Assembly (NCBI GenBank): GCA_038087875.1
Contig: CM075989.1
Location: forward strand, 19,966,001 to 20,030,000
DNA: 64,000 bases
Direction of reading: 5' to 3'
DNA from: Malacoraja senta
Lineage: Eukaryota
This document shows positions 11,820-25,780 of the stretch, one piece after another. The notes under the pieces were generated by a model, which had not been told where the DNA came from, made no database searches, and worked only from the letters and a program-made list of their open reading frames with translations. Position numbers and translations under genes: made by a program. Numbering within the stretch: position 1 is the first letter of the stretch; every line of letters begins with the position of its first letter.

Positions 11820-14340
11820 GTATGGGCGTGCAGGAATTAATGTTATACCTTGCATCTACACTCTCCCTGAACGATGTATTCTAATATGGGTGGTGCAGCG
11901 GTAGAGTTGCTGCCTCACTGCGCCAGAGACCTGGGTTCGATCCTGACAACGGGTGCTTGACTTTACGGAGTTTGTACGTTCTCCCCAATGTTTTCTCCGA
12001 GATCTCTGGTTTCTTCCCGCAACTCCAAAGACGAACAGGTTTGTAGGTTAATTGGCTTGGCGTAAATGCAAATTTGTCCCTTGCGTGTATAGGGTAATGT
12101 TAATGTGTGGGGATCACTCGGCATAGACTCGGTGGGCCGAAGGGCCTGTTTCCGCACTGTATCTCTAAACTAATCTAAACTAAACTAAATCTGTGAAGTT
12201 GAACTTAAGTAACTCACCGTGCGTCTGGCAACGTGGTGGTTTTCACCTCACTTTGGCAAAGACTGATGTCTTTCACAATGTATTTTTAAAACAGAGATCA
12301 GAGACATTAACTATAATGAGAGGTTGGGCAAACTTGGATTGTTTCCTTTGGGGTGTCAGAGGCTGAGGGGAGACTCGATAGAAGTATATAAAATCGTAAG
12401 AGGCATAGATAGGGTAGACAGTCAGAACTTTTCCCCCAGGGTGGAAATGTCAAAGACTATGGGACATAGTTTTATGGTCAGAGCGGCAAAGTTTAAAGGA
12501 GATGAGTCTCGAGGCAAGATTTTTTTTTTACAATGAGAGTGGTGGATGCCTGGAACATGCTGCCAGGGGTGGTGGCAGAGGCAGAAGCAGATGCGATTTA
12601 ACAGGCACAACAACATGCAGGGAATGGAGGAATACAGAGGCAGAGGAGAACTGTTTAACTTGTCATCATGTTGAGCACAGACATTGTGGGCCGAAGGGCC
12701 AGTTCCATTCCTGTATTCTATGAAGTAGTGACATTATTAGTGTAGCGCGATGTTTGCTTGGGCTGCATTCACTTACACACAGTGGTGGGCAGATGAGTGG
12801 AGCAGTGACCTCTAGTGTCCATTTACATCACTTGCACAGAGTCTGCAACGTGTGACTGTCAATAAGTAACACAGAAGCAGGTTTATTTAGGCCGGTCTCT
12901 GCGTTACCTAAAGGGAAATCAGCCTTTTCTGGTCTGAGGAAGGGTCTCGACCCGATATGTCACCCGTTCCGTCTCGGACTCGGTGGGCCGAGGCGCCTGT
13001 TTCCGCGCAGTATCTCTAAAATCTAATGGTGCAAATTGTCATGGGCAAGGTCTGTTTATTGTCACATGTACCAATTAAGGTTCAGTAAAACTCGATTGCC
13101 ATACAGCCATACTAAAAAAAAGCAACAAGACACACAACTACATAAAAGTTAACATAAACATCCACCACAGCGGCTCGCCCACATTCCTCACTGTGATGGA
13201 AGGCAATAAAGTCTAATCTTCTTCCCCCTTTATTCTCCCGCGGTCGGGGAAGTTGAACCATCCGCAGTCGGGGCGATCGAAGCTCCCTCGATCGGGGCGG
13301 TCGAAGCTCCTGCGGCCTGGAGCCCCCGAAGTCGGTCCCTAACCAGGGTCCGCGGGCACCACGATGTTAAGTTCGCAGGCTCCCGCGGTTGGAGGACAAG
13401 GGGTTGGGTTCGTTCCATAATCTCGGCTCATTTGCATCATGGGATGCAGTTATCATTCTGCTCTACGTAGCTGCACCGATCTCCAGTCTGTTCATCACAA
13501 AAGCCAGCAATCCATTGGTCTTTCTTAGTACTTTCAATCATTGGCATGACTTCTCAATGGAAGCTTCTCCAAAGTCCCTTTAGATCTTCACACCTTCTGT
13601 CTTTTTGCCAACACCATTCAAAGTGGCACCATAAAGCTTTTTTAAATAGGGGATAGATGTTATAAAATATCTTCACACTCAGTGTTAATCATTCAATTTA
13701 CTTATTTCAGAAAATAGTATACGGAAATAAGCCAACAATCTCCACCGTACACAACCATGAAGACTGTGATATATTGATCAATGTTTCATGGCCGAAGCCT
13801 AGTTTTAGTTTAGTTTTTAATTTAGAGATACTGTATGAAAACAGGCCCTTCGGCCCACCAAGTCCGTGCCGACCAGCAATCCCCATACACTAGCACTATC
13901 ATAGAAACATAGAAAAAAGTGCAGGATAGGCCATTCGGTCCTTCGAGCCATTCAACATGGCTGATCATCCAAAATCAGAACCCCGTTCCTGCTTTTTCCC
14001 CGTATCCCTTGATTCCGTTAGCCCCAAGAGCTATATCTAACTCTCTCTTGAATACATCTCTCCTACACACACCAGGGACAATTTACAATCAAAGCCAATT
14101 AACCTACAAACCTGTACGTCTTGGGAATGTGGGAGGAAACTGGATTACCCGGGGAAAATCCATGTGGTCATGGGAAAAACATACAAACTCCATACAGACA
14201 GCACCTGTAGTCAGAATTGAACCCAGGTCTCTGGCGCTGTAAGGCAGCAACTCTACCGCTGTGCCACCGAGCTGCCCAAATGAATGTGAAAACAAAGCTT
14301 CTTTCTAAGTTTCATTAATTGTGTACCTAACTTTGTTTAG

Positions 14341-14452
14341 TTATTAGGAGCCACTGCAGTGGAAGACAAATTACAGGAAGGTGTTTCTGACACAATTGCC
14401 AACCTCACCCTGGCCAACATTAAGATTTGGGTACTGACGGGAGATAAGCAAG
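14341..14452 (+). CDS. ATP8B4: ATP8B4-like exon 5 (LTGDK motif)
   Basis: tttgtttag acceptor; [44 protein letters not shown]. Confidence 0.93.
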
Positions 14453-17190
14453 GTATTGTAAATGGCAACCTGTACATTTTACCAAAGACTCATTCAAACT
14501 TTCCATTATTGCATTAAGGCGATTCTGACCTCTGTAATGTGCTCATCAGAAACAGAGCCAAGATGGCGCCCAACGCAGGAGACCTTTTTGCGAGCTGGTC
14601 AGAAGTGGATCTGCAGTCACTCATTACAATCGCTCCACTCTTTTAATTCTCTACTCCTACAGTTGTACACTGTGGGCGGCTCGATTGTAATCATGCATTG
14701 TCTTTCCACTTACTAGTTAGCACGCAACGAAAGCCATTCACTGTACCTCGGTACACGTGACAATAAACTAAACTGAACTAAGATGGACTAGAATGAAATG
14801 ACTGATTGAATTTTTTTCACCTGTATTTTTAGATCGGAACTAAATATCTTTTATGCTGGTTGACTGAATAACAATTAATATATCTATCATTTACAAATGC
14901 GAAACTTTGGTTGAGAAAACTGAAATGGAATTGCATTGTGCACAAACGTATGTATGACCGTTGGGTCAATTGGATTGGATAATACTTGAGTATGTCATGA
15001 AGTGTCAACTCAGCAGGTCAGACAGCATCTGTGGAAGGAATGGATTGGTGACGTTTTAGGTCAGGAATCTTCTTTAGACTGATGGGAGTGAGAAAGCTGG
15101 AAAAAGGGGAATGGAGGTGGGGCAAAGCCGGTCAGAAGAGTGGATAGAAGTGAGTGGGGGGTGGTTGTTTGATTGGAAAATGGGTGGGGTAAGTGACAAT
15201 GGCTAGTGGTGAAAAGTAGACAAATGGGTGTCAGATAAGGAGGGAAGAGGAGCGAAATATCGTCAGAGGAAGGGATGAGGGTGGGGGAAGTGTGGGGATA
15301 ATGAGAAACATGGAACTCAGGGACGGGAGATGTTCGGAGATTGCTTCAAATTGGAGAATTCAATGTTCATACCGCTGGGCTGTAAGCTACCCTTGTGGAC
15401 TATGAGATGCTCTACATACAGATACAAGGTGCTGGAGTAACACAGCGGGTCAGGAGTAAAGGAATAGGTGACGTTTCGGACCGAGACCGTTCCTCAGACC
15501 AGTTGCCTAGTTGGCGAATCGGGCCGAATAGTCTGTTTCCGTGTTGTAGGCACTTGACCCACCGCCTGCCTCCCCACCTCCTTCACTTGCCCCTCATCAT
15601 CCGATTTTTCCTCGGTAACTTAGCCGCACATGGAAAGAGCCTGTCCCTGATCAAAGAGTATGATGAATTGAAAATCAATACAACATTTTCGCTTCTACTC
15701 GCACCGCCAGTGCACAGTGGGTGCTCTGGCACTGACTGAACACATCCGTCTTCCATCATTGTCGGCGTGCCTGTCCTTGGATAGCTGTGTGGATAATATC
15801 AGAGGAAACTCGACTTGGCCACTACCGCCGAGTCACATTGACTGATGTCACCCGGAGGACTCGCAGCTCGAAGTTTTAATGAGGCCATGAACTTGATGTA
15901 ATCTTCCAATATGAACAATTGTTGAGGCACAAATGCAATCTTGTAGTGAGCGTGTAACGCAGTATTACCTTATGTAGATGGTTTATATGAGAAATAAATT
16001 GGATTTATGACCACAGTGCAGCATATTGAGGTGTGACAGCTTTCTTAATATGTGTTAACCAAACTAGGAGATTGGATTGTCACTGTGTGCACTTTTCAGG
16101 ATGGTACATGGCTGATGTGACCTAGAGGCGAGGCACATTAGATTTATCACATGTTATACACCAAAGCGATATATTTCCCCTGACAATTGATGTATTGATT
16201 GTCCTGAGAAAAATGACACTATTGTTGATTACCTAATTCTAGAAAAAGTGAAGTACGTTTGGATTCAGGATAAAACCTTGAAATATTACAAAATATGTTT
16301 ACCCTTTCCATGACCTTTGGGAAACTGATCCAAATGGATCTTTTCTTTATGCTTTCTTTGTCCATATGCCCCACTCTGTGTGTGTGTGTGTTTTTCCCTT
16401 CTTTCTACCAACCAAGAGATAGCAGGCAATGTTATATTAATCCTGTCCAATTGCTTTTTATATGGTTTATGAGGGGGGAAGAAATGCCATTGAACGAGAT
16501 TAGTGGCAAAGGAGCTCTACCGGTTCTCAGTTTCAATTTAGTTTATTGTCACGTGTACCGAGGTACAGTGAAAAGCTTTTTGTTGCGTGCTAACCAGTCA
16601 GCGGAAAGACAATACATGATTACAATCAATCCATTAACAGTGTATAGATACATGATAAGGGGACTAACATTTAGTGCAAGGTAAAGCCAGCAAAGTCTGG
16701 TCAATGATAGTCTGAGGGACATCAGAGGTAGATAGCAGTTTTGGGCTTTGCTGAGAAGTTGTACTTCACAGAACATTGCAGGAAAGATTTATTTGGATCA
16801 AATAAAATTGCAAATGTTAAATTAACAAGCATTTTTCCCAAAGACCAAGGCAAATTTATCCATTTGCCAAAGAATCACTTTTGGAAGTATTGCTAAATTA
16901 CATTTGTTCTTCTTCCTGCCCCCCCCCCCTCCCCCCACCACCCTCACATCAGTCTGAAGAAGGGTCTCGACCCGAAACTTTGCCTATTTCCTTCGCTCCA
17001 TAGATGCTGCCTCACCCGCTGAGTTTCTCCGGCATTTTTGTCTACCTTCGATTTTCCAGCATCTGCAGTTCGTTCTTAAACATGCTAAATTAAATGTTTT
17101 ATATGCAGAATTTGTAAATTCAGCAAATATTCATCTTTTCGGAAAATTAAATTTTGTTTGTGCAAAATGCTGGAATAACTAAACAGGTTA

Positions 17191-17517
17191 TGGGCCTGTC
17201 CCACTTAGGCGATATTTTAGGCAACTACAGGCGACTAGTTTGTCACCACATGTTCGCCGGTGGTCGCCGGGAGTCGACTCCTCAGTCGCGCAAAAAGTCG
17301 TAGCGTCTTTCTGGTCGCCACTAAATTTTCAACATGTTGAAAAATATTCGCCGACAGTGGGTTTGACGCCAATGAGCGAGCTTGACTTCCCCTCACATAG
17401 GTGCTGTCAGAGGTTGTCGCCAGGATGACGTAGGTTGTCGCCGGTTTTTCGGAGACCTGCTACGACCACGACAGTCGCCGGCAGTTGCCTAAAAATTCGC
17501 CAAGTGGGACAGGCCCA
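17191..17517. mobile_element. PIF/Harbinger-like MITE
   Basis: TIR TGGGCCTGTCCCACTT...AAGTGGGACAGGCCCA, TTA target-site duplication. Confidence 0.85.
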
Positions 17518-19776
17518 TTAAACAGCATCTGTGAATGGATTGGACGGATGAGATTTCGGGTCGGGCACCTTCTTTCAGACTGGTGAAGTAGGGGGGGGGG
17601 GAGAAAGTTTGAAAAGAGAGGTGAGGTTTGTTCTTGGAGTCACTAAACACTGCAGATGCTGGAATCTTGAGCAGATTTTAAACAGATACAGACATGGATA
17701 TGCAGGGAGTGGACAGATATGGATCATGTGCAGACTGATGAGATGAGTTTATCTCGGCACAAACATTGTGGGCTGAAGGGCCTATTCCTGTGCTGAAATC
17801 CTGCTACACATTCTGTGTTCTAATGTACAGTAATCTTTTGAAGACGGCATTTACAATGAAGACGTATTTATAATTTAAGAAAAAAACAGGAAGTGGAACT
17901 TAATCCTGGTGAAATGAATAATTAATTTGCTTTGTAAATGCTGGAATTGATTATTGTAGATCAGCTTGTCATTAATTAATTAACTGGCAATTCATCAATT
18001 ATTATGACAGATTAAGTGGTCATTTGTCTCAGGAGTCTTTGCGGTGTGCAAATTGGCTGTTAGGTTTGCCTGCAAAAGTTTGACTCCTCTCCAAATATCA
18101 GTTGGAGTTTCATTCATCATTCGTCCATTCATCTCCTGAATACGCATCTGAGGGGTAACTTTTTTTGCACAACGTGTGGTGGGTGCATGGAACGAGCTGC
18201 CGGAGGAGGCAGGTACTTTCATAACGTTTAAGAAACGTTTAGACAGGTACATGGATAGGACAGGCTTGGAAGTATATGGGTCAAACGCAGGCAGGTGGGA
18301 CGAGTGTAGATGGGACATGTTGGTCGTTGTGGGCAAGTTGGGCCTGTTTCCACACTGTATGTCTCTATGACTCTATACCATGGAGCCCATATCTACAGGG
18401 ACCTGAACTAAATGTACTAAAGTGCTTCGCAACACTTTGCCAATGTGCTGGGATGCAACACAAACACAAGTCTTTCGCTGAAAGTACGTAGTTTAGGACC
18501 CTGTAGATATGGGCTCCTATTGTCTATTGTATATTGTCTATTGTCTATGAAGGATATTGTGGCATGTCACAGGGAAATTCTTTGTTTTGCATACCATACA
18601 CAAACTTTGCAAAGAGTCGTCACGTTTCAGGTTACAAAGTGTACCAATGCTACAAGGCAGATTCACTAAACTATGGTTTGGGATGGGACCTTTGTATACG
18701 GGATAGTGAGACTGCAAAATGCATTACTGAGACTACAATTGAAGCAGACTTTATGTTAACATATACTGGCGGCCTGATGGAAAAGGGAAGATCAACAGGT
18801 TGGGTCTTGAATTGGGACTGCCACTCATGTGGAGAACAGATACCAACACATAAGCTTGAGCATAATCCTATGTTGATTTTCTACACTCCCAGTACAGTGT
18901 TCCAATCCTCTCACAAAGCTACAGTGATGTTCAGCTCTAGTGGTCCCAGCAGGGGAAAGATGTGGAGGCTTCGTAGAGGGTGCAGAAGAGATTTATCAGA
19001 ATGCTGCATAGATTAGTGTGTGTTAGCTATAAGGGGATGTGGGATAATTGGATCGTGTTCTCTGGAACGCTGAGGTTGAGAGGAGACCTGATAGAGGTAT
19101 ATAACATTATGAGAGGTAAAGTTTGGTGGACAGTCAGAACCTTTTTTGCAGGGGGGAAAAAATGGCAAAGACTAAAGGGCATTGCTTTAAGGTGAAAGGG
19201 GCAAGGTTTAAAGGAGATATGCGAGATAAGAGGGTGGTGGGTGCCTAGAATGTGCGGTAAGTAGATTAGATGGTGGTGTTTGAGGCTTTTCGATAGGCGC
19301 AGGCCTATGGGACATATGCAGAGAATGGAGGGATTTGGATCAACCGCAGGCAGAAGAGATTAGTGTGTCGGCATCATGTTTGTCACGGACATTGTGGGCC
19401 ATAGGACCTGTTCCTGTGCTGTCGTTTTCTATATTCCATGTTCAAATAAAAAATAATCACATTCCAATTCATTCTTTCACGGGGACTCCAAACTTTGGAT
19501 TGTTGCTCCTCTACTTCATCTTTCTTCTAAATCCAATACTCGACTTCCTGACGTACAATTTTTACAGCATCCATTCTCCAGATATGTGTGTCCTTAGCAG
19601 AGTCATGCTTTATGACCCATAGCTATTTGTGTCATTGTGCCTTGGTCAGGGTTAATTTTTACAATGATTGGCCCACGAAACATGCATGAATTGTCGGAAA
19701 TACGGCAGCAGCTTTGATTTTGTCAGATATCATCACACATCACGTAGGGCGGCACGGTAGCGTAGCGGCAGAGTTA

Positions 19777-20231
19777 AGGGCCTGTCCCACGGGCATGCGA
19801 CTCCATGCGGCAAGCGCGACCTAACTGGAAGCGGGGGCCGCGCGGAGGTCGAGTGATCCCTGTACAGGGTCGGTCCCACCAGCATGCGACTCCATGCGGC
19901 AAGCGCTACCAAACCGGAAGCGGGGGCCGCGCGGAGGTCGAGTGACATCAAGACGGTGCGTACGGCGCCGAGGCGGTGCGCACGGCATCGAGACGCTGCG
20001 TACGGCATCGAGACGCTGCGTACGGTGTCGAGACGCTGCGCACGCCCGTCGAGGCGGCAGGCCGTTGCCGCGCGGAATTTTTGAACAGTGACAGTTTTTC
20101 GGAGCCAGCTCCGCACAACTCCATACGGCTCCGGCGATCGAAGTGGGTCCGGCCCGCGACCTCCGCACGGTCCCCGCTTCCGGTTAGGTCGCGCTTGCCG
20201 CATGGAGTTGCATGCCCGTGGGACAGGCCCT
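19777..20231. mobile_element. PIF/Harbinger-like MITE inserted into a SINE head
   Basis: ~75-bp TIRs AGGGCCTGTCCCACGGGCATGC..., TTA TSD (19774-76, 20232-34); SINE 19747-20508 reconstitutes on removal. Confidence 0.9.
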
Positions 20232-20752
20232 TTACTGCCTTACAGCGCCAAAGACCCAGGTTCAACCCTGACAATGGGTGCTGCCTGTACGGAGTTTGTA
20301 CCTTCTCCCCTGAACCTGTGTGGGTTTTCTCTGGGAGCTCCGGTTTCCTCCCACACTCCAAAGACGTACAGGTTTGTAGGTTAATTGGATTGGTATGAAT
20401 GTAAATTGTCCCCAGTGTGTGTAAGATAGTGTTAGTGTGCGGGGGTCGGCGTGGACTTGGTGGACCAAAGGGCCTATTTCCGCGCTGTATCTCTAAACTA
20501 AGAACTAAAGTAAACCTGTGTGGGTTTTCTCCAGGAGCGCTGGTTTCCTCCCACACTCGAAAAACATACAGGTTTGTAGGTTACTTGGCTTGGTAACATT
20601 TTTAATTATCCCCAGTGTGTATACGATAATGTTAATGTGTGTGTATCGCTGGTCGGCACGGACTCGGTGGACCGAAGGGCCTGTTTCCGAACTATATCTC
20701 TAAACTAAATACACTCAACTAAACTAAATATTACGTTCCTGTTTGCACACAG

Positions 20753-20858
20753 AGACAGCGGTGAACATTGGTTACTCGTGCAACATGCTAACAGATGACA
20801 TGAATGATATATTCATAATATCTGGCCGCACAGTTCTTGAAGTCCGTGAAGAAATTCG
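20753..20858 (+). CDS. ATP8B4: ATP8B4-like exon 6
   Basis: cacag acceptor; (E)TAVNIGYSCNMLTDDMNDIFIISGRTVLEVREEI(R); CG|GTAAAC, phase 2. Confidence 0.92.
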
Positions 20859-21904
20859 GTAAACAAATCCTAAATATTTTTGCATGCCACAAATTATTCA
20901 AATTTATTAACGTAGCCTTTTCATTTTATTGGTTGACATGTTTGTTTTCACAACATTTTTGCACAGAATTATTACTTTACTGTTTTTAACCACCCATATG
21001 CTTAAAATGAAATAGCTTATGTTAAATGGATAGAATGTGTAAGATGGAAGTGCAGATACTGGTTACCGAAGATGGACACAAAATGCTGGAGTAACTCATC
21101 AGGTCAGGCAGCATCTCTGGAGAAAAGGAATAGGTGACGTTTCGGGTCAAGACCCTTTTTCAATTAGCTCATCCATGCTAACCAAGATGCTCCATCTTAA
21201 CTGTGGATATGGAACATTTGCCCCTGTTTGGTCCATATCCCTCAAAACCTTCCCTATCCATGTACATGTCCATGGTATCTGGCAGCTCCATCTATCCATG
21301 TGTCCATGTGTGGAAAAGGTTGCCCCTCAGTTTGGTATCAAACCTTTCCCTTCTCCCTTCTCTCCTTAAACCTCTGTCCTCTAGTTGCGGGCTGGTTGCG
21401 GTGCTGGCTCAAAGGGCCGAATGGCCTCCTCCTGCACCTATTTTCTATGTTTCTAGTTCTTGATTCCCCTACCCTACGTAAAAGGTCTATGTGTATTCAC
21501 CCTGGAGTTCCTAGAACAGTATTGGCGACAAATCTATCATTTACTGAGGCAGCTTTCCACAGATGCCAAAACAACAGTTCCTTTGCTGGTGGAACATGTG
21601 TTTGCAATTTATAATCGTTCAACATGTTGAAAGTGCCCTCTAGACCCACAATAAAAAGCCACGGTGCTGGGGGAACTTAGCAGGCTTCCAACTGATGTTT
21701 TTGAAGTCTGAAGAAGGGTTCTGACCCAAAACGTCACCTTTGCATTGTCTCCAGAGATGCTGCCTGATTTGCTAAGTTACTCCAGCATTGTGTGTCTATC
21801 TTTGGTATTTTTATAACACTGGTCAATGTATCAATTGTGGAATGTAGTTCCATATATGAGGTTCTTATGAGTTATGAGGTTCTTACATTTTCCTTGCATT
21901 CCAG

Positions 21905-22046
21905 ATCAGCGAGAGAGCAAATGATGGGGAAACCTATTTGCAATGGACACGTTTTCCCTGAAAAGAATGGAACGTCGCAATTGAGATCGGTGGTTGAAGA
22001 GACCGTGGTGGGAGACTTTGCGCTGATTATTAACGGGCACAGTTTA
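21905..22046 (+). CDS. ATP8B4: ATP8B4-like exon 7
   Basis: ttccag acceptor; SAREQMMGKPICNGHVFPEKNGTSQLRSVVEETVVGDFALIINGHSL; GTAAGT donor. Confidence 0.92.
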
Positions 22047-22359
22047 GTAAGTGTGAAGTGTGTCACGGGGATTTATGCGCAAGTCCTTTTAGTGCTCAAC
22101 AAGTAGTCGAATACTGAACCATGGAGACCAGGAAATTATCGCAACATTGAATACTTCTCAGCTAGGATTACATCGAGAATGTGAAAATTGGTTTTAGCCT
22201 TAGGGTTAAGGGAGAAAAAGTCAGTGGTGTTTGCGATCTTGCATCCAGCTCTGTCATCTCTGATGTGGTCATGTGGATTTCACTGAAGACGCGGCAGTAT
22301 AAATTGTAAAAATTAAACCTTGCTTTCCCCGATTTTTCTAATTTTGTAAGTTCAGTTAT

Positions 22360-22745
22360 GGTTACGATACGATACGAAACGATATGATAGAACTTTATGT
22401 ATCCCAGGAGGGAAATTGATCTGCCAACAGTCATAAAACACAGGATAAATGAAACATGAAATTAAAGTGACGAGTGGAACGGATTGGGGATGTGCGAGAA
22501 TTGGGGGGGAAATCTCAGTCGACCCCACGACAGGAGGGGGAGGACTTGTACAGTTTGATAGCCACAGGGAAGAAGGATCTCCTGTGGCATTCTGTGCTGC
22601 ATCTTGGTGGATCCAGTCTGTTGCTAAAGGTGCTCCTCAGGTTGACCAGTGTGTCATGGAGGGGGTGGCATGTATTGTCCAGGATGCTCCGCAGTTTGAG
22701 GAGCATCCTCCCCTCCAAGACCAACCTCCCGTGAATCCAACTCCG
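22360..22745 (-). mobile_element. Rex1/Babar-like LINE 3' fragment
   Basis: ILDNTCHPLHDTL...RLDPPRCSTECHRRSFFPVAIKLY ORF end plus (TATCG)n tail. Confidence 0.75.
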
Positions 22746-22912
22746 CCCCTCCGTCCTTTATGTGGCGACTATTTGCATACCTTGGGTATGTATGTAAGCA
22801 AAGAATTTCACTGTGGCTTGTCACATGTGACAATAAAGTATTCATTCATTCATTAATTCATTCATTCATTCAATCGCTGAACCCTTGTTTCTTGTGTTTG
22901 TGTGGGTAATAG

Positions 22913-23096
22913 GCACATGCACTGGAGGCAGACATGAAGCAGGAGTTCCTGGACTTAGCCAGCATGTGCCGGACGGTCATTTGCTGCAGGGTCACTCCGC
23001 TGCAGAAGGCTCAGGTGGTGGAACTTGTCAAAATGTACAAGAAAGCTGTCACCTTGGCGATAGGTGACGGAGCAAACGATGTCAGCATGATTAAAA
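22913..23096 (+). CDS. ATP8B4: ATP8B4-like exon 8 (P-domain, GDGAND motif)
   Basis: aatag acceptor; [68 protein letters not shown]. Confidence 0.95.
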
Positions 23097-24250
23097 GTAA
23101 GACGGATCGCCTTGCTGCTCCAGTTCGTAGATTACAAATACAGAGATTAGTTTTGTTCCCACTTCATTGCTGTCACTTTTTGCTTTGAGGTGTGAGGAAA
23201 TTGCTGATGCTGGAATCTGGAGCAAAAAAAACAAAGTGCTGGACTAACGTTTAGATAGGTACATGGATAGGAGAGGTTCAGAGGGATATGGGCCAAACTC
23301 AGGCAGGTAGGTGGGACCAGTTTAGATGGGACATGTTGACTGGTGTGGACAAGTTGGGCCAAATGCCTGTTTCCACGCTGTAAGACTCTATGACTGTGGG
23401 ATTCTATAACTCAGTGAGTCACTTATTACTAAACACCACTATTAGACAAGAGGAACTGCAGAATCTGGTTTACCAAAAACAAAAAGACACAAAGTGCTGG
23501 AGTAATTTAGTAGATCAGGCAGCATCTTTGGAGGACATGGATAGGCAATGTTTTGCATTGGGACACTTCTTCAGACTAATTGCAGTAGGGCGAGGAATGA
23601 AAGCTGGGAAAGAGAGATGTGGGCAGGACAAAGCATGGCAAGTGATAGGTGGAGACGGGTGAGGAGGAGGACAGTCCTGATCATCACATTCCTGAAATCT
23701 AGATGTAAAAGGCACTGAAGGTCACAGGGCAGATTCCCAAACATGTTTCCGGCTCTGGAAAATGTAGCTGTGAGGAAAGGTTGGATACGCTGGGTTGCTT
23801 TGTTGGGAATTGGTGATATTGAGCAAAGGTATAAAACTGAGGGTCCTGGAAAGTATAATTAGGAGGAACCTCAGTGTTTGAGCACACAGGTTTGCAATGA
23901 GAAGACACAGACATTAAAAAAAGGGACGCAACTGCTAGAGCAGTTGGTTCACAGCGCGAGAAGCCCGCGTTCAATCCCGACCTCCAGAGCTGTCTATGTG
24001 GAGTTTGCACGTTCTCACTGTGACCATGTGGGTTTTCTGCGGGTGTTCCGGTTTCCTCCCACACTCCAAAGACGCACAGGTTTGTAGGTTAATTGGCTTC
24101 GGTAAAAATTGTCCCTAGTGTGTCGGATGGTGCTAGTGTACAGGGTAATCGCTAATCGGCTCGGACTCGGTGGGCTGAAGGGCCTGTTTCTGTGCTGTAT
24201 CTCTGAACTGAAAGTATCTTTCAAACTTAATACGTTTGTTTTGCCAACAG

Positions 24251-24474
24251 CTGCACACATCGGAGTGGGCATCAGTGGTCAGGAAGGCATGCAGGCCGTT
24301 CTGGCCAGCGACTACTCCATTGGACAGTTCAGATACCTCCAAAGACTTTTGTTGGTCCATGGGAGATGGTCCTATCTACGGATGTGCAGGTTCCTCTACT
24401 ACTTTTTCTACAAGAACTTTGCATTCACCCTCGTTCACTTCTGGTTTGGTTTCTTCTGTGGCTTCTCTGCGCAG
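24251..24474 (+). CDS. ATP8B4: ATP8B4-like exon 9 (end of P-domain, TM5)
   Basis: caacag acceptor; (T)[80 protein letters not shown] donor. Confidence 0.95.
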
Positions 24475-24554
24475 GTTTGTAGTTTCTCTGAAGAGGAGAA
24501 CAATTTTTTTAATTTAAATCTTAAGAGCCAATGCATTAATAGCGAATGAGATGC

Positions 24555-24589
24555 AGAGAGAGAGTGAGAGAGAGTGAGAGAGAGTGAGA

Positions 24590-24629
<40 letters not shown>
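24555..24629. repeat. (GA)n/(GAGAGAGAGT)n microsatellite
   Basis: Directly visible. Confidence 0.95.
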
Positions 24630-24632
<3 letters not shown>

Positions 24633-25499
24633 TGCGGCAGTGTGGGATGACATAGAACTAGTGTGAACGGGCGATCGATGAACTCGGCGGGACGTAGGGC
24701 CCGTTTCCATGCTGTATCTTTGAACTTTAAAGTAAATGAATGAGGAGAAATGATGATGGATCATAGGCTGAGAAGCTGGCCTGTCACCACAGGGTTGAGC
24801 TGTGAGACCTTGGGGAGAACCACTATGTATTTCACTACATGTGGCCCTCCCTGAGGTGAGTGTCCAGAATGGGACCCACTCCGACTGGTGCCAGTACGTT
24901 AGACTTTAATGTCGTGGCCGGCTAAGTGGCGCAGCGGTAGAGTTGCTGCTTTACAGCGCCAGGGACCCGGTTTCGATCCTGACTGCAGGTGCTGTCTGTA
25001 CGGAGTTTGTACGTTCTCCCCATGACCCGCGTGGGTTTTCTCCCGGTGCTCCGGTTTCTTCCCACATTCCAAAGATGTGCAGCTTTTGTAGGCTAGTTGG
25101 CTTCTGTAAATTGTCCCTAGTGACTAGGATAGAACTTGTGTGAATGGGTGATCGTTGGTCGGCGTGGACTCAATGGGCCGAAGAGCCTGTTTCCGTGCTG
25201 TTAATTAAACTTTTGTAACATTTTTAAAAAATCTAAAAATTTAGTTTTTAACTTTTCAGAGGTGGAGGATCACTAAACTAAACAAAAAAAACAACTCTGG
25301 GACATAGTCACAAAACAAATGGCAGTCAAAGATGTCTTGCCTGTCTTTAAATGCCTGACGCAGGCACCGAGGGAAATCCTCAGATTTTATGCCATACACA
25401 GAGTCGCCGACATTTCATAGCTTTATTTTTCAATTAATATGATTCACATCACATATTATAAACAAGAATAATGCTACATGATTCTCTGTCCAGTCTACA

Positions 25500-25735
25500 T
25501 AAGAAAGGAAAAAGGAAGAGGAGGAGCCCGAGGGCTGAGGGAGAGCTGAGAAGGGGAGAAGACAGCAAGGGCTACTGGAAATGGGAGAATTCAATGTTTA
25601 TGCCACTAGGGTGCAGACTGCCCAAGGTGAGGTGCTGTTCCTCCAATTTCCGGTAGTGCTTACTCTGGCCATGGAGGAGGCCCAGGACAGAGAGGTCGGA
25701 TTCAGAATGGGAGGGGGAGTTGAAGTGCTGAGCCA
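25500..25735 (-). mobile_element. Penelope-like element 3' fragment (end of GIY-YIG endonuclease region)
   Basis: Minus strand AQHFNSPSHSESDLSVLGLLHGQSKHYRKLEEQHL / LGSLHPSGINIEFSHF with frameshift; related pieces at ~15000-15420, 38590-39045, 39945-40250, 56820-57130. Confidence 0.75.
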
Positions 25736-25780
25736 CTTATTGGTATTGTTGTATGCTGATAACTTTCTTTGTTGTTACAG

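Noticed and set aside
15660..15739. Possible C/D box snoRNA (ATGATGA ... CTGA)
   Set aside because: No terminal stem and no recognisable rRNA/snRNA guide; such boxes occur by chance.
24109..24250. In-frame extension of exon 9 into upstream SINE (similar extensions at 7843-8328 and 43607-43696)
   Set aside because: Canonical splice sites and protein homology delimit the exons; the extensions are intronic read-through.
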